A stretch of 64,000 nt of DNA, taken from the NCBI RefSeq assembly GCF_016433145.1, contig NC_058130.1, forward strand, positions 496,394,966 to 496,458,965, written 5' to 3'. The notes under the pieces are model-generated. The model had not been told where the DNA came from, made no database searches, and saw nothing but the letters and a program-made list of their open reading frames with translations. Within the stretch, counting starts at the first letter, position 1. The number at the start of each line of letters is the position of its first letter. Source of the stretch: Gracilinanus agilis (lineage: Eukaryota). The position numbers were made by a program, and so were the translations under genes. Of this stretch, positions 35,976-49,299 are shown piece after piece.

Positions 35976-38591
35976 TCACCAAGCCAACTTATTCCATATT
36001 TATGGTAAAAGTAACAAACATATTTGAATAATTATTAGACCATAAGCCTATCAGGATTCAAGTCACTAGCACTAGGCAGTAAGCCTATGTTTTGCAAAAC
36101 CTTTATGTATTAGAAAAGAACTGAAATTCATGTAAAGTGAGACATGATAACACATAATCTATAAAAATTGGCAGCAGCATCAATGAAATAATCACTGTAG
36201 GATAAGTTCTCATGCACGCTGTCAAATAATCTTACATATCTTCCTGCATTAAACTCAATTGGCAACTCATAGGGAGCTGCTTAACAAATATTGCTGAAAG
36301 ACTGAATGAAAAAAGCGAATGAATGAATGAAGTGTGATTATGTTCTAGGACACATCCTTAAAGTTAATGGACCCTGACTATAAAGTGTTCTTAAAGGGAA
36401 AATAAGCTGCTGGAATAAATTATTTCCTTAAGCGTATAAGCATGTATATTATTATTCATAATTTCTTTTTACAGAGTATTGATTCCCTTTCCTAAAAAAT
36501 ACAAAGTGTAGTATAAACTTTTTGTAAAAATCAAGTGTCATGTACTCGATACATAAGAACACAGTCAATATTTATGGAATGAACAAATTATTCCTCTAAA
36601 TGTCTTTCTTGTAAACATGAAGCCCCTAGTCAGAGACCTTTGATGTTTTAGTGAATATGTGATAATAAACATGATTAGCAAGAATGGATGAGTTAGAAAA
36701 GCGTCTTTTCCTCAAAGGTAAATTCACTAGGTGAAACCAGCATAGTAACCATCTACCTGCTTCAATGAAAGCCACAGTTTCTCTGGGCTACCATTTCTTC
36801 ATCTATAAAATGAAAGGGTTCCACTCAATAACTTCTTCTAGCAATAAAATAATTATTTTTCCTAAGAAGAGCAGAAATAATCCTTAGTCAATCAAAAATA
36901 TTGGGTGTTATCCTCAACAAGCAAGTGAATATCACCTTAGGTCAATAAATTATATTATATAGATAAACATTTGACTAGACCTAAATTAGACCAGCCTATT
37001 GTCCTGGCTTATGTGGTGGAAAGAAGTTGTTGAGCAGAGGCCTCTGGTAATACAAAAACAAACATGAAACAATCACTGACCTCTAAGAATTCATAGTCTA
37101 CTGGGGGGAAAAATGTGAATACATATAAATCTACCCATAATTCATACAATAAGATGGCTAAAGGAAGGAGGGATAAAACTGGCGGCTTTTAATATTTTTT
37201 CTTGTTTGGCAAATTACTCCAAAGAATTATTAATTTAAAAAAAACCACAAATTTTCATTCCTAATGCTCTTCCCCTTCTTCCTATTTCCTTCGCCTGACC
37301 AATAACAATATCGCCATTATACTCAGGCAACTGCAGGGGCTCCAAGCTTTCGGGTACTCCTACTCATCGTAGGCAGAAAAATTACTTTGATAAAAATTGA
37401 ATATGCCAAAAGAATTGCCAAATCTATAGCTTTAACAAGCTGAGCTCAGTGGCATCAGGATGAGTAACTTGGGTTGGTCCAAGAAAGTTTCATTAGATCC
37501 TCCTCCTCAGCCCAAACAACTTCTTCTCAAGATTACAAAGGGAAGGAGAAATCCTTGCCATCCTATAATGCTCAGTTTAGCTGGCAGGAATGATCTAGGT
37601 ACCAGGTGGAACCACGTGTAAAGGAACATGGTAGCCTACAATGCCATTCAATCCTCTTCCCCACTTCCTGATCCTCAGGAGCCCACTGTGCTATCAGGGG
37701 ACTGCCTTGACTGTGGAGTGACCCCTTTTTCAGGGTCTATGAAGGTAATCTTCTTTGGGATTTCCAAAGTCTTTTCTCTGCTTGTCAGAGAGACAAAGGC
37801 ATCAGGCAACTTTCAACAGCAGGATGAGGTGGGTAAGTGACTTGCCCAGGGCCACAGTCAGTAAATAGCAGGGGCAGGATTTACACATAAGTCTTTTTTA
37901 CTTCCAGTCTAGCACTCTCTCCACTGTGCCACCTAGAACAGACATCTCAGTAACTATCTTTGAAAACTCAAAAATCATAAATTTGGAGTTGGAAACATAC
38001 TTTTTAAATTCTCTTTTGCTTCCAAGGTGTTGAGGAACGTGATAATCTGTGGATATAACCCAAGGAGACAGATTTCAGTTCATAGTAAAGAATTTATTGA
38101 GGCAGCTAAGCCTAGAACAGGCTGAACCCAGAGATAAGTCATCTAAACTCTGAGAGCCCTAGGCCAGTGTTCTCGAAATGATTTTGACAGTGTAGCCTTA
38201 TCAGTAAAAAAAAAAGTGTTTCTTTTTAATTTACATGTATGTGGTACTATGTTGAAATGTTTTGTTGTGAAACAATATAAAAATAGATAGTAAAAAGGAA
38301 GTAAAGTGAAATAAACAATTTATTGATCATACGAAACCTTTTTAATCTCACAAAAATGTTTGTTTTTAGTGAGAACAGTGTAACCAAAAAGACAACATGT
38401 ATATCCCAGCAGGTAGGGCAAACATAAATAATTAATTATTTTATCAATTAATTATTCAGCTAATTTGACTGATGCCTAACCAAGAAGCTAAAATTTTAGT
38501 TACTTTATTGAATAATATACAATACAATAATCAATAGTAGATCATAAATCAATTAAAGTTTTCATATTCATTGCAGTAATCCCTTTTTAGT

Positions 38592-38800
38592 GGGCAACTA
38601 GGTGATACAAGGGATAAAGCCCCAGACCTAGAGTGGAATTCATTTTTCTGAGTTCAAATCTGGCTTCAGAGACTTACTAACTTTATGACGCTGACCAAGT
38701 CACTTCACACTGTTTGCCTCAGTTTCCTTATCTATAAAAAGAGATAGAGAAGGAAAATTTAGTACCTTTGCCAAAAAAAAAAAACTGAAAAACAATTGAA
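38592..38800 (+). mobile_element. MAR1-like SINE
   Basis: ggcaactaggtg head, CORE, tacctttgccaa tail. Confidence 0.75.
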
Positions 38801-38941
38801 CAAAAAATCACTTTTAGGATAGGGACTGAACCTGTAATTTCCTTGGTCCAAAGAGCAGCAAGGAGAAGAAATTTTCTCTACCAATGTTAGCCTCCATCTT
38901 GCTTGCAATTTAAAGGCTTTGAGAATTAGAGTTAATTAGAA

Positions 38942-39142
38942 CCTTACCACTCCTGGGCCAAGGACGGTCCCTAGCCCAGATGAAAAAGGAGGAGGGTTGG
39001 GCGTGGGGCTAGCAACCCCACCCTGTAAAAACTACATCTGCTAAAGAAACTGCAACCTAAAGTAGGGGCAGCTGGGCTAGCTCAGTGGATTGAGAGCCAG
39101 GCCTAGAGACGAAAGGTCCTAGGTTCAAATCTGGGCTCAGAC
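38942..39142 (+). mobile_element. Young composite element: RTE-UTR-like segment fused to a SINE1 head (SINE2_Mdo-like)
   Basis: gggttgggcgtggggctagcaaccccaccctgtaaaaac, then from 39065 ggggcagctgggctagctcagtggattgagagccagg, ending abruptly at ctcagac. Confidence 0.6.
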
Positions 39143-39639
39143 AGGTCACACAATCTGTAGGTGTCAGAAGCAGATCATGAAACCCAGGTCTTCCTGGCTC
39201 CCAGGCCACCTCTCTATACTGCCTCTCATAATGTTTACTGCTTTTTATATGGTTTCTTTGGTGGGATTATTTTAGTCTGTCTTTCTTTTGAAATTGAATC
39301 TTGCTACTATTTTACATTTTGTTTACATAACTAGTTTTAGACAATTAAATCCCAGCCAGACAGGATTAAGGGCAATTCTCCATGCTCTCTTTGCTATCTC
39401 CTGTGTGCCTGGGCAGTCTGTCCCCCCAGCCTGAAAATGCACTACTCTTTCTTCCTCTCAAGCCTGTCAAAAGCCCTCTTTGCCCTCCAGGTTCAGCTGA
39501 GACATCATCTCTTCCCACATCTTCCTGGCTGTAAGTTCTCTCCTACTTAAGCTTTTCTTGAATTCTTTGTGTTTCTCCCTCGTAGTCAGAATAACTGACC
39601 CTGCATTATGGTTATTTGTGTACTTGTCATGAATTTTAA

Positions 39640-40250
39640 GCTTCTTGAGGACGGGATTTATGTCTTTTTCTTTTTTAGTAGCAGTGTCTAATCAATAAGC
39701 ATGAATTAAGAACATGCTACGTATCAGGGAGCATGCAAGGAGCTGGAGCTACTAATACAAACGTGTGACAGTCTCTGTCCTCAAAGAGCTAGCGGGATGC
39801 TAGCATGTTCACAGATGAGTAAATATGGATTATATGCAAAATAAACAGGAAAGGTCTCCTGAAGGCATCAGAGCTGAGGCTTGAAGAATAAGAGGTGGAG
39901 GGAGAGAACTCCAGGTATTGGAGACACAATATGGGGCATCATGTTTGGGAAACAGCACATGTGGCTGGTGTGCTTAGTGTTCAAGGGAAAGTAATTTATA
40001 ATCAGTTTGGCAAGCCTGACTAGAACCAAATTGGGAAAGGCCAAAAAGCCCAAGGATTTTGTGTTCCATTGGAAAGTCAGTAGAGAGCCACTGAAAATTC
40101 CTGAGGAAAGAAGATAATTGGTCAGACCTTCACTTTAGAAATCTCATTTTAGCATTTGTATGGAAGATAGATAGATTGGAGGAGAGAGCTAGATGTAGGG
40201 AGACTACTATAGTAATCATGGCTAGAGGCAATGAGACCTAGGCAAAGAAT
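39640..40250 (-). mobile_element. L2 fragment(s)
   Basis: Purine-rich gagccactgaaaattcctgagga...gattggaggagagag pattern typical of reverse-oriented L2. Confidence 0.6.
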
Positions 40251-42374
40251 TGTTAATATGGCTGGTGCCATGGGCTACAATAATAATCCAAATTTAGACA
40301 ATCATTTCAACTCCTTAGAGTTCAGAATTTTAATTCACAATATTTCTTACATAAAGGTGACCCTTGTAAGTTAATTAACCTAAATCTTCACTGATAAAAT
40401 ATATTACACACCAGCACATGAATAAAGTCCTTCCCCACCAAAAAAAAAAGTGCCTAGGGTTCCTCAGACTCAAGGGGCAGCCCTGTACCAGTGTAGCCAA
40501 GGGGAAAGACTGCACATGAAAAGCCCTATCATTTTTTTATTCTTATGAACAAATGTATAATGGGAGCTTTCTCAGGAGCATATCTCTCAGCATGCCCTGG
40601 AAAGATGCATTCCAGGAAGATGATTTCCAGTGTGAGGTGGTACAACTTCCTCTCTAGCTCCATGATGTATCTGCTCCCCAGGACTCTTCCCTTCTTTGTT
40701 GCTTATTTACTGCTTAGGAACCACAAAGACTGTGGTTAGCAATTCAGCAGGGACCATGTTAGAGAGAAAATGAAAGAGTAGTCTGTGGGGAGAGGAAAAA
40801 GAAAGTCCTCTGGGTAGTCTTAAAGTATTCCAAAGGGAAGAAGTTTAAGTAAGTTAATTCGTTTATTCAATTTGAGAGTCTAAGATTTTAAATTTATATT
40901 GATTTAACTTCTTTCAAAAACTTTTGATCAAAACTTAATTGGTCATATATGAAAAATAGAATGAGCATGTAGAAGCCAGGCATCAATCTGTGGAGTAGGA
41001 TGCCCAGCTCTTTTGTTCCATCTGCCTAAACTGTCCTTAAATGTGCACAATTAGAGTTGAATTCCTAATTGAATTCCTTAATTTCTCCAGAAATTTACTG
41101 TTAAAATCTTTGGGATGGTGAGGCATATTAAGCTATTACCATCTTAGAGTGATTGAATTAATTAACTTTAGTTGCTATTAGCAAAATCCTAAGCAAATGA
41201 GACAGGAATAATGATTTTTATGGAGAAGTTCTAGAGCTATAAAAGACCTTGGAGATGTTCTAAACCAAATGGGATTTATTGAATTGTCATTTCCCCAAGA
41301 ACATACATACATACAGGAATAGGGTTAGGAGGTGAATACAAGTCCTCTGACTCCAAGTGGGGGGGGACTATTTTCCCTGCACCATGGTAGAAAAGAGAAT
41401 GAAAAAAAAGTCTGGGCCATTGAGGATAAGCCTGGGCAGACCTCTGCAGTGGGTTAGGAAGGAAAGGGGGATACCAAGGAGCACGGGAGGGGAGGAGTGG
41501 AAGGAGGGTCAAGGAGAGATTGATGGTAGCATATGGACATTGAGTGAGATGGCATCAAAGACAAATGTTTCTCATCTCAAAAGTTTTCCTACAGTGAATC
41601 TTAACAATACTTTACATGCAGAGCACTTACTTTTACAATCATCAAATCCATTGCTTTTGCAATGAGTCTGACATTCTGTTGCTCTGTGACTACACTGACG
41701 ATTACTATGGCAGATTAGATCAAAATTCACTTTCTTGACCACCACCCCATATACTGGCTGTGTTGTAACCACCTTAAAGAATACAGTGAGGGCAGGGGCA
41801 ATCTCACTTTCATACTGATATTCCCAGTGTCTGCATCAAAGTGCTTAATAAATGTTTATTGATTGATTAAGGTAGCACAAAATATCTGGCAGCAAAACTA
41901 CAAGTTATATTGCTACTGATATGACTGAAAGTAAGTCTAGCAGAGGACTGGAATACTTTGAGATATTAGAGAAATTCTTGATCCTAAATATACAAATTGC
42001 TATTTCTCTTCCAGAAAACAATCTCTTTAAGCAAAATGACATATCTTTTTGGCAGCAATCTGGTGGGAGAGGGAAGCTAAAACTAGAAATAAATGAAAAA
42101 TTGTGGCCAGAAACCTAACATTTTTAATTTTATACTTTGATAATAACCACAAATGAATTGACTAAGAAAAGAAGAGGTATGGTACCTGCACAAGAAAATT
42201 TGACTTGTCCTCATAGGTATATTCTTGAATTACAGAAAGATACAAATATAACATCCCTCAGTAGCCTAAACATCAGATATGGAGAGATAAGTGTTTTCTT
42301 CATCAGGAAAGACAATCCTGAGAGCAACATGGTCAAGTGAAAATACTATTCAAAAAATAAGTTAATATTGTGGT

Positions 42375-42605
42375 GGTGTTCTTTTCAGTCTTCAAGATCC
42401 CATTTGGGGTTTCCTTGACAAAGATACTGGAGTGATTTGCCATTTCCTTCTCCAATTCATTTTACAGATGATGAAACTGAGGTAAATAGGGTCAGATGAC
42501 ATGCCCAGCGTCACTTAGAGAGTAAATTTCTGAGGTCAGATTTGAATTCAGGAAGATGAGTCACCAGGCCCAATGCTTTATCCACTGTGCCAACTAGCTG
42601 CCCAA
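42375..42605 (-). mobile_element. MAR1-like SINE
   Basis: ccatttggggtttccttgacaaagatactggagtgatttgccatttcc. Confidence 0.82.
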
Positions 42606-43030
42606 GTTAGTATCAAACGTATCTACAAAACAATATTTAGGACTACTGATTCCAGTCAACAATACCTCATAATTACAATAAATGATATTAACATGGCCCT
42701 TGATAAATAAAGTTCTTTCTTGTTTTCGTACCATCCTCTTGGAATATAGGTCCTCCAAGTATTATCAGACCCATTTTACCAGTGGTAAAAAAATGGGCTA
42801 CCAAAGGCTTAGAAAATTGCCCAGTTGTATAGTTAGGAAATAACAGAGAGAAGTCCCAACTCTTCTGATTCTAAGTCTAGTAGTCTTTCTTCTTCACCAT
42901 GATAATGTTACTAGATCCATTTCCATTGTCAAATTAAGGCAGAAATCTAAGCAATCGTTATGAATACCATAGTTCTTTAAAACCTAAAACCATCACTAAA
43001 TTCTGCTTTTCCCTAAACATTTGTACACAT

Positions 43031-43200
43031 CAGGAATTGTTCATCTGGGTCTATGAGCTTAAAAAAATACCTTGAGCACTGCACTTAAGTATAATTGATT
43101 TCCTTCATAATTTAATGTATTTTATAATATATTTGGCCATTTAAAATTATTCTGAAAGGGTGTCCATATGTTTCAACAGATTGTCAGTGGTATCTGATGG
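43031..43200. mobile_element. Charlie-type MITE, contiguous degraded copy
   Basis: ttgatttccttcataat...atttaaaattattctgaaagggtgtccata; shares motifs with the 23084 and 62370 copies. Confidence 0.45.
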
Positions 43201-45029
43201 AGAGAGAAGAAAGGAAGGAGTTAATTGGGTATTTTAATGTAGCAAACAAATAGCAAATACATTTAAATTAAAAAAAATTTAACTATATACAAAAAAAATC
43301 CTAAGAGAAAACTACCTTTGCTTTTTCACATTACCTGTATAGATAGTCTAAAGGTACAAAACATGAAGGAAAAAATGGCAATTTCTTAGTCTGATAGAAC
43401 CGGTTGAATTGAAAATTAGAATTTCAACTTTTTGCTGACCTTTCACACACTACCCCATATCCAGTGTCATGCTAACCAAGACATTATTTGGGATAGGGGA
43501 GGGAAAACACAAGATAGATTTTAAATTGTATAGAATGATTGACTAAATGTTGGTATGATTCTATCAAATCAGCAAACATTTATTAAGTAACTACTACTTA
43601 GAAGGGACTGTCTGTCCTAGGCATCACCTTCAACCCACACAAACAAATCATATAATAATGGCTTTATGAAAAAGGACTAGTTGGTTTGTTTAAAGTATTC
43701 AAGAGAATTTGGACCAAGTCAAATCACAAAAGCCCACTGGGACAATTTCAAATAAAAACTTCCCATTCTTTATTATTTTTCCTCCATTTCCCTCTCTTCC
43801 ATCCCCACTTTTGGAGTTGCAAATGTCAAACCCACCTGCTGTTTCCAGCCATTAAGTAAGGCAGAGTTTTAAAATGGGGACCCAGTGGGAATTGGTATTT
43901 CAGTCTCTGGCTAGAAATCTCACTTGGAAAAACCGTTGACAAGACATTGTGGGGCACAGAGGGAATTCAAGTATTTATGTTCCGTCTAAATGTGTCCTTC
44001 TCTTCATTTTTGTCCTCATCCACTCAAGTATTTCCTGGTTTGTTAGTTTGTACAATTGTTAAGAAATTGTGTAAGACCAAGAACTATCACCCAAAGTCTT
44101 GAAAGTACTTTCCATATTGGTTTATAGAATCTCGGAAGCCTCCAGAGGTCCCCTAGTCTAATGCATACCTTAATAGGAAATTACCTCTAAAACATTCTAA
44201 CAAGTGAGCATCTAGCTTCTTCTAGAGTACTTCTGATGAAATTTACTTCTTCCTAAGGCAGCCCTTTCCACTTTGGGACACAATTTTCTGATCTGAAGAT
44301 CTTCCAAAACTAAATAAAATAAGCCTTTCTACTCTTAGTCTAGCTTTTTAAAAGGCAGGATAGTTTAGGATTATGAATGTCTCTTACTTCTGAAAGTCCT
44401 CTGCTTAATATAGTTTTAGTTAGACCAGAACCAATATGACTGAAGTTTTTTTGTTGGATATTTTGTGGGATTGCATCCCTGAAAACAAATTACTCATATC
44501 CCCTTTTTAGTAGGGACTAGGGGAGGTCTAACTCTTTTATAATGAATACAACCTTAATAATCACAGATTTACCTATGACTCCAACATGGTCCCTCACCCC
44601 AAAATGCTCTTAAAGGGTGCTGAGAGATTTGCTCATTTTTTTCCATTTATTTGAGAGGCAATATGGCAATCTACCTGTGTGTCCATGGACAGGTAACGTA
44701 TTGTCAGTGCCCTCAGCAATATTCTATTATGTTGTTTCAAAGGAGTTGACACTGCCCTGGCAGAGGGAGTTGCAATTACCTCATTCAGGTGGACTCAATC
44801 TAACCCACATGGTAGGGGACAAAGAGTGCCTCCATGTTAGGTAGTCTGGGCATGCCCAGAAAAGCCTCCTTCTATATCTGTCAAAAGAGGTTCTCACTAC
44901 CCTTTATGTACTGCCTCTCTTTGCAAGTTTTATTGTTCACATATTGCGGATGTGAAAATTTAATTCACCTGTCCTTTATCACACAACCAATGGATAAGTG
45001 TGTGGGCTTTTATTTGAATAATGATAGTT

Positions 45030-45330
45030 ATTGTTAATTATCTTAATATGTCATACATATATTTATTTTAGTTAAAAGTTCTTTATTAAATAAAATACTT
45101 ATTTATTTAAATATAACTATATTTATAACATTTATATAATTATATATAAACATTATGTTATACAAATATAATGTGAATTTAAACATAAGTAAAATTTTAT
45201 AAAATTATTTATTAACATGAATAATTAATATGTATTTGTATATAATTGATATTATTGTCACTGTTGTATTCTTATATTCATTATATATTATTATAATTTA
45301 TTAGCTATTGTTGACAATAATTGATATTCA
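45030..45330. repeat. AT-rich low-complexity tract
   Basis: Almost entirely A/T. Confidence 0.85.
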
Positions 45331-46179
45331 CCTATTTAGAGAAATTTTAAAGTACTTGTCCTCGATCACACAACTAATAATAAGGATTGGGGCCAGGATG
45401 TGAGCCCTTTTCTCTTGACTATACATCCAAAGCTATTTCTTCTAGAATCCAAAAAATGAATTGATCTTATTTTTGTCAATATATCTGTAGACCTATACTG
45501 TATGTCCCTCACTAGGCTGTTATAAATCCAGGCCAAAAATGAGTGTCAAATTTGAATTTAAATGATCAGATTTATTTTTTTGCAAATATGTTCTCCTGTC
45601 TCAGACTTGAGAAAGAATGTCCTTCCCTGGGACATTCCTTCAGAGTTCCTCAAGAAAATAAGCACAGAATCATGCTATTACACTGTGATCACCAGCCTTC
45701 TTGGCCACCGTATAAAGGTTATTTTATCTGAAGCTCATCCCTCCACTGAAGGCTAAGAGAAGTGCCTCCTTCTGGTTATATCAATGGAAATTCCCAAGCT
45801 AACGATTCCTACTAAACAGAAAGAGACAGTGCTAAGAATGGCCAGTTCCTGGAGACTCCCTTGCAAAGTGATTAGTCTCCAAGAAATTTTATGAGCTAAT
45901 ACGGTGTGTTTTGCCTTCTTCTTACACCACCCGCCCCCTTTTCTCTCCCTCTGTACCCATGCACAAGCATAATATTATTTGAAAAAACAGGGCTGTTTGT
46001 GAAATAAAAACCACACATCTGCCCACTTAAAAAAAAAATCTTCAAATGACTCATAGGCTTTTCTAGATACCACCAGGAGTGAACCTACTTCAGAAAATCA
46101 GCAACAACAATAACAACAAAAAAAAACAACACCAAATTCTCTATGGGAAGGACCAAGTGGGGCACATTCCCCCTCAGGA

Positions 46180-46685
46180 AATCAAATTACAAGCAGAAAC
46201 TGTATTTACTTTTGGGGGGACTGTATTTACTTTTTCAGCCTGTTTAAATTCTTGCCAGCGTATGAGAACAGAGCCATCAGGCCCGTAAACCTCCCCTCTG
46301 CTTACACCTATTAGGCCATAAAGTTCCCACTTGCCGAAAGCAGTGAGCCCCCACAGCACACAGCAAATCACCCCAAGGTGATGATGAGGGGGCAGATTTA
46401 CTGCAGCTTCACACAAGAGCCTATTAACCAGGCAGCAAGTCACTCGGGCAGCTGGAAAGGCCACTGAGACCTGGCCAGAGTCCATTCAGTCAGTCAGTCA
46501 GTGTCACTTCTACACTTTCCAGAGTGGTGCCTCTGCTCCTGGCCACAGTGCAGTATGTTGATCTTCAAAAGCTTTATTCTGTTGGAGAGAAATCAAGAGA
46601 TATATTTCTTCTTGACCCTGGGTATTTGCAAGGTGGTTTTCTACCTGGGAGAGCCATACTACCATGAACCTTTGACAAAGTAAGT
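46180..46685 (+). promoter_or_regulatory. Candidate promoter and first exon
   Basis: Two TATTTAC forkhead motifs, TATTAA at 46422, Inr-like TCAGTC repeats, and a strong donor AAA|GTAAGT at 46679/46680. Confidence 0.35.
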
Positions 46686-46729
46686 CCTCTCCAGGACTTT
46701 TGAGTCGTTTGTAATGCTTCAGTGCCCAT

Positions 46730-47150
46730 GATCCAACAGGGATTATGTTAAGTTGCAGAGGACCTCGAAGGAGGAAAACCAGGAGGGTGTCAAGCTTTGA
46801 GTTCATGCCATCAGTTGATACAGCTTGGAGAAAAGGCTTTGGGATACTGTCAGCTGCTCTCCAGTATCTGGAAGGTTATGTCAAAGAATGCTTAGACTTT
46901 TCTACTTGGCCCCAAAGGATGGGTGCCAAGAGGAGAATCAGATTTAGTCTTGACAATAATTATAGTTATCACAAAGTGGGACAGCCTGCTTCAGGAGGGA
47001 GTAGCGTCCCCCTCATTAGAGGTCTTTAAGCAAAGAATGAATAGCCCCTTGTCAAGCGAAATGACCACTTGTCAGAATTTATAGAGGGAATTCTTTTCTC
47101 AGGTATGATTTGGAATAGACAGCCATTAAGGTTCCTCTGAACAATTCTAT
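46730..47150 (+). mobile_element. CR1/L3 3' fragment
   Basis: cagcttggagaaaagg...cagtatctggaagg...ccccctcattagaggtctttaagc is the CR1 SLEKRRL...KYLKG region and 3' end. Confidence 0.75.
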
Positions 47151-47754
47151 GATTCTGGCTCACTTCAGTGAAAGGACCTGATTATGTAGTTATATATAGA
47201 TCAGGTGAGACAACAATTCACTGGCAAGAAAAATTAGTTCTTCCTCACTAGTAGCTTCTTACTTCATGAGATAATGGATGTAAATATATCATGAATTTTA
47301 AAATACTATAAAAATGTGAATTATTATTGTTGTTATTTCATGTCATGGGGGAAAGATCATACTGATGTTACTTTGCTCCCTAAAATCATCCATAATTCCC
47401 TATAAAACTAAGTGAAGACAGGGAGGTAGGAAATATTTTATGATTTTAAGTTAGGTAATGTACTATACTTAATACTTCTCAAATGTGATTTCTGAGTAAG
47501 ACACACAAAAAATCCAAAGTTCAATACTATAAATTTCCTCTTTTAATACCATAAATTTCTTCAGATATTTTTAATGCTCATCATGCTTTTAATGTTCACA
47601 ACCAAATTAATTAGAATAAACCACTATAAATCACCATCCCAACAGCCAGATTCAATCATTCTATCAGTCAATAACAATTTATTTAGTTTTCCTATGTGCT
47701 AGGTACTATGTTAAATAGTGGGGATACAAAGAAAGACAAAAAAGCCCTAAAGGT

Positions 47755-47951
47755 GGGGGCAGCTGGGTAGCTCAGTGGATTGAGAGCCAGGCCTAGAGAC
47801 AGGAGGTCCTAGGTTCAAATCCGGCCTCAGACACTTCCCAGCTGTGTGACCCTGGGCAAGTCACTTGACCCCCATTGCCTACCCTTACCACTCTTCCACC
47901 TATAAGTCAATACACAGAAGTTAAGGGTTTAAAATAAAAAAAAATTTTTTT
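47755..47951 (+). mobile_element. Young SINE1_Mdo-like element with 14-bp TSD, inside an L2 remnant
   Basis: TSD aaaagccctaaagg at 47740-47753 and 47952-47965. Confidence 0.93.
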
Positions 47952-49299
47952 AAAAGCCCTAAAGGAGCTCCCATTTCTAATGAAGAAGACAACAAGCAAA
48001 ACATTCTATCCCTACAAGATATATACAAGGAAAATTCGAGGTAATCTCAGAAGGAAGGTAATACCATTAAGCAGAACTGTTAATTCTTTCACAATTCAGA
48101 TATAATGCATATTCTAAATGTTTCATCCTTAAATATAATGTAAGATCATTCTAGCCAAGAAAATAAGGCAGCAATACAGCATTGGAGAAAATACCTTAGA
48201 AATCGGTGTTAAAACTCAATCAATAGATACATGGAATCTATTTCCATTCAAAACTTAGTGTAGCAAGGACTAGAAGGTAATACCAAGAAAATTTAAATCC
48301 AAATATTGTTAAACATTACGAGTACATGAATCTAAACTTGACTCACTTGGAATTAAATTGATGCCCTTCTGTCTACCAAAATCTGACAACTTTATTTGGT
48401 TACTGCTGATAAATAACCCACTCTGCCTCTTTAGACATACTCAAGCACAAACCTCTGACTTTCTAGAATATTGGGCTATAGACCTAATTTATAATTAGTC
48501 TTTTGACAAAAAATATCATATGTACAGGAGAAGAATTATAACTGAACATATGAATCAAGGAATAAGAATTTTCTCCACCTTTGGCAGAAGACTTAAAAAA
48601 AAAACTTCCCTTCTTTGAAAGGGGATAAATTGATTTTGATTTAGTTCAGAGGATGGTTGAGGGAACAAACTCTTGCCTGTACAAGTTGCATGTTACAATT
48701 ATTCACCATTATATCTAGTATTCACCAGTTTGAACACTGATCACTAAAGAGCTATTTTTTTGCTTGCCATAAACCAGTTTGAGAGCAGCTGCAAATTGTA
48801 TTTGTAATAGCTTTGATGATTTATTTGTCACACATGCTTTCAGGATATATTTCCTGAAGTTTAGGGCAAAAGAAAAGTGCTATATGGAAACACACACTAA
48901 TAAAGAAATCTTTTTTTAAAGGCAGGAATTTGCTATCTTTCAGGACTCTGTAACTGCAAAAGTCATGTGTCTGCTCTCAAAAGTGATGAAAAATAATGTA
49001 TAAGATCAATGCCTGGCTTTATAGAGGACCATAGGAGCTTTATGACTTGTTAATGGACCTAAAGTTCTCTAAAAGCTTAAAATTATTTTCCTTAATCACC
49101 TTTCCCCTATCATTTCATTATTCTTTCTTTGAGATTCACAGTATTTCCTTAAATTCATATAACCAGACATATTTTAGCTAAAAGAAGCTTAGTATACAGG
49201 AAAGTATACAGGAAGCAGAGGCAGAAAACCTAGGTTCAGTTCCATGCAATTCCACTAACATTTATTAAAACCTACGATGTGCCAATAAAGGAAGGTAGC

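Noticed and set aside
46745-47029. 94-aa plus ORF after the candidate first exon
   Set aside because: It lies in a CR1/L3 3' fragment.
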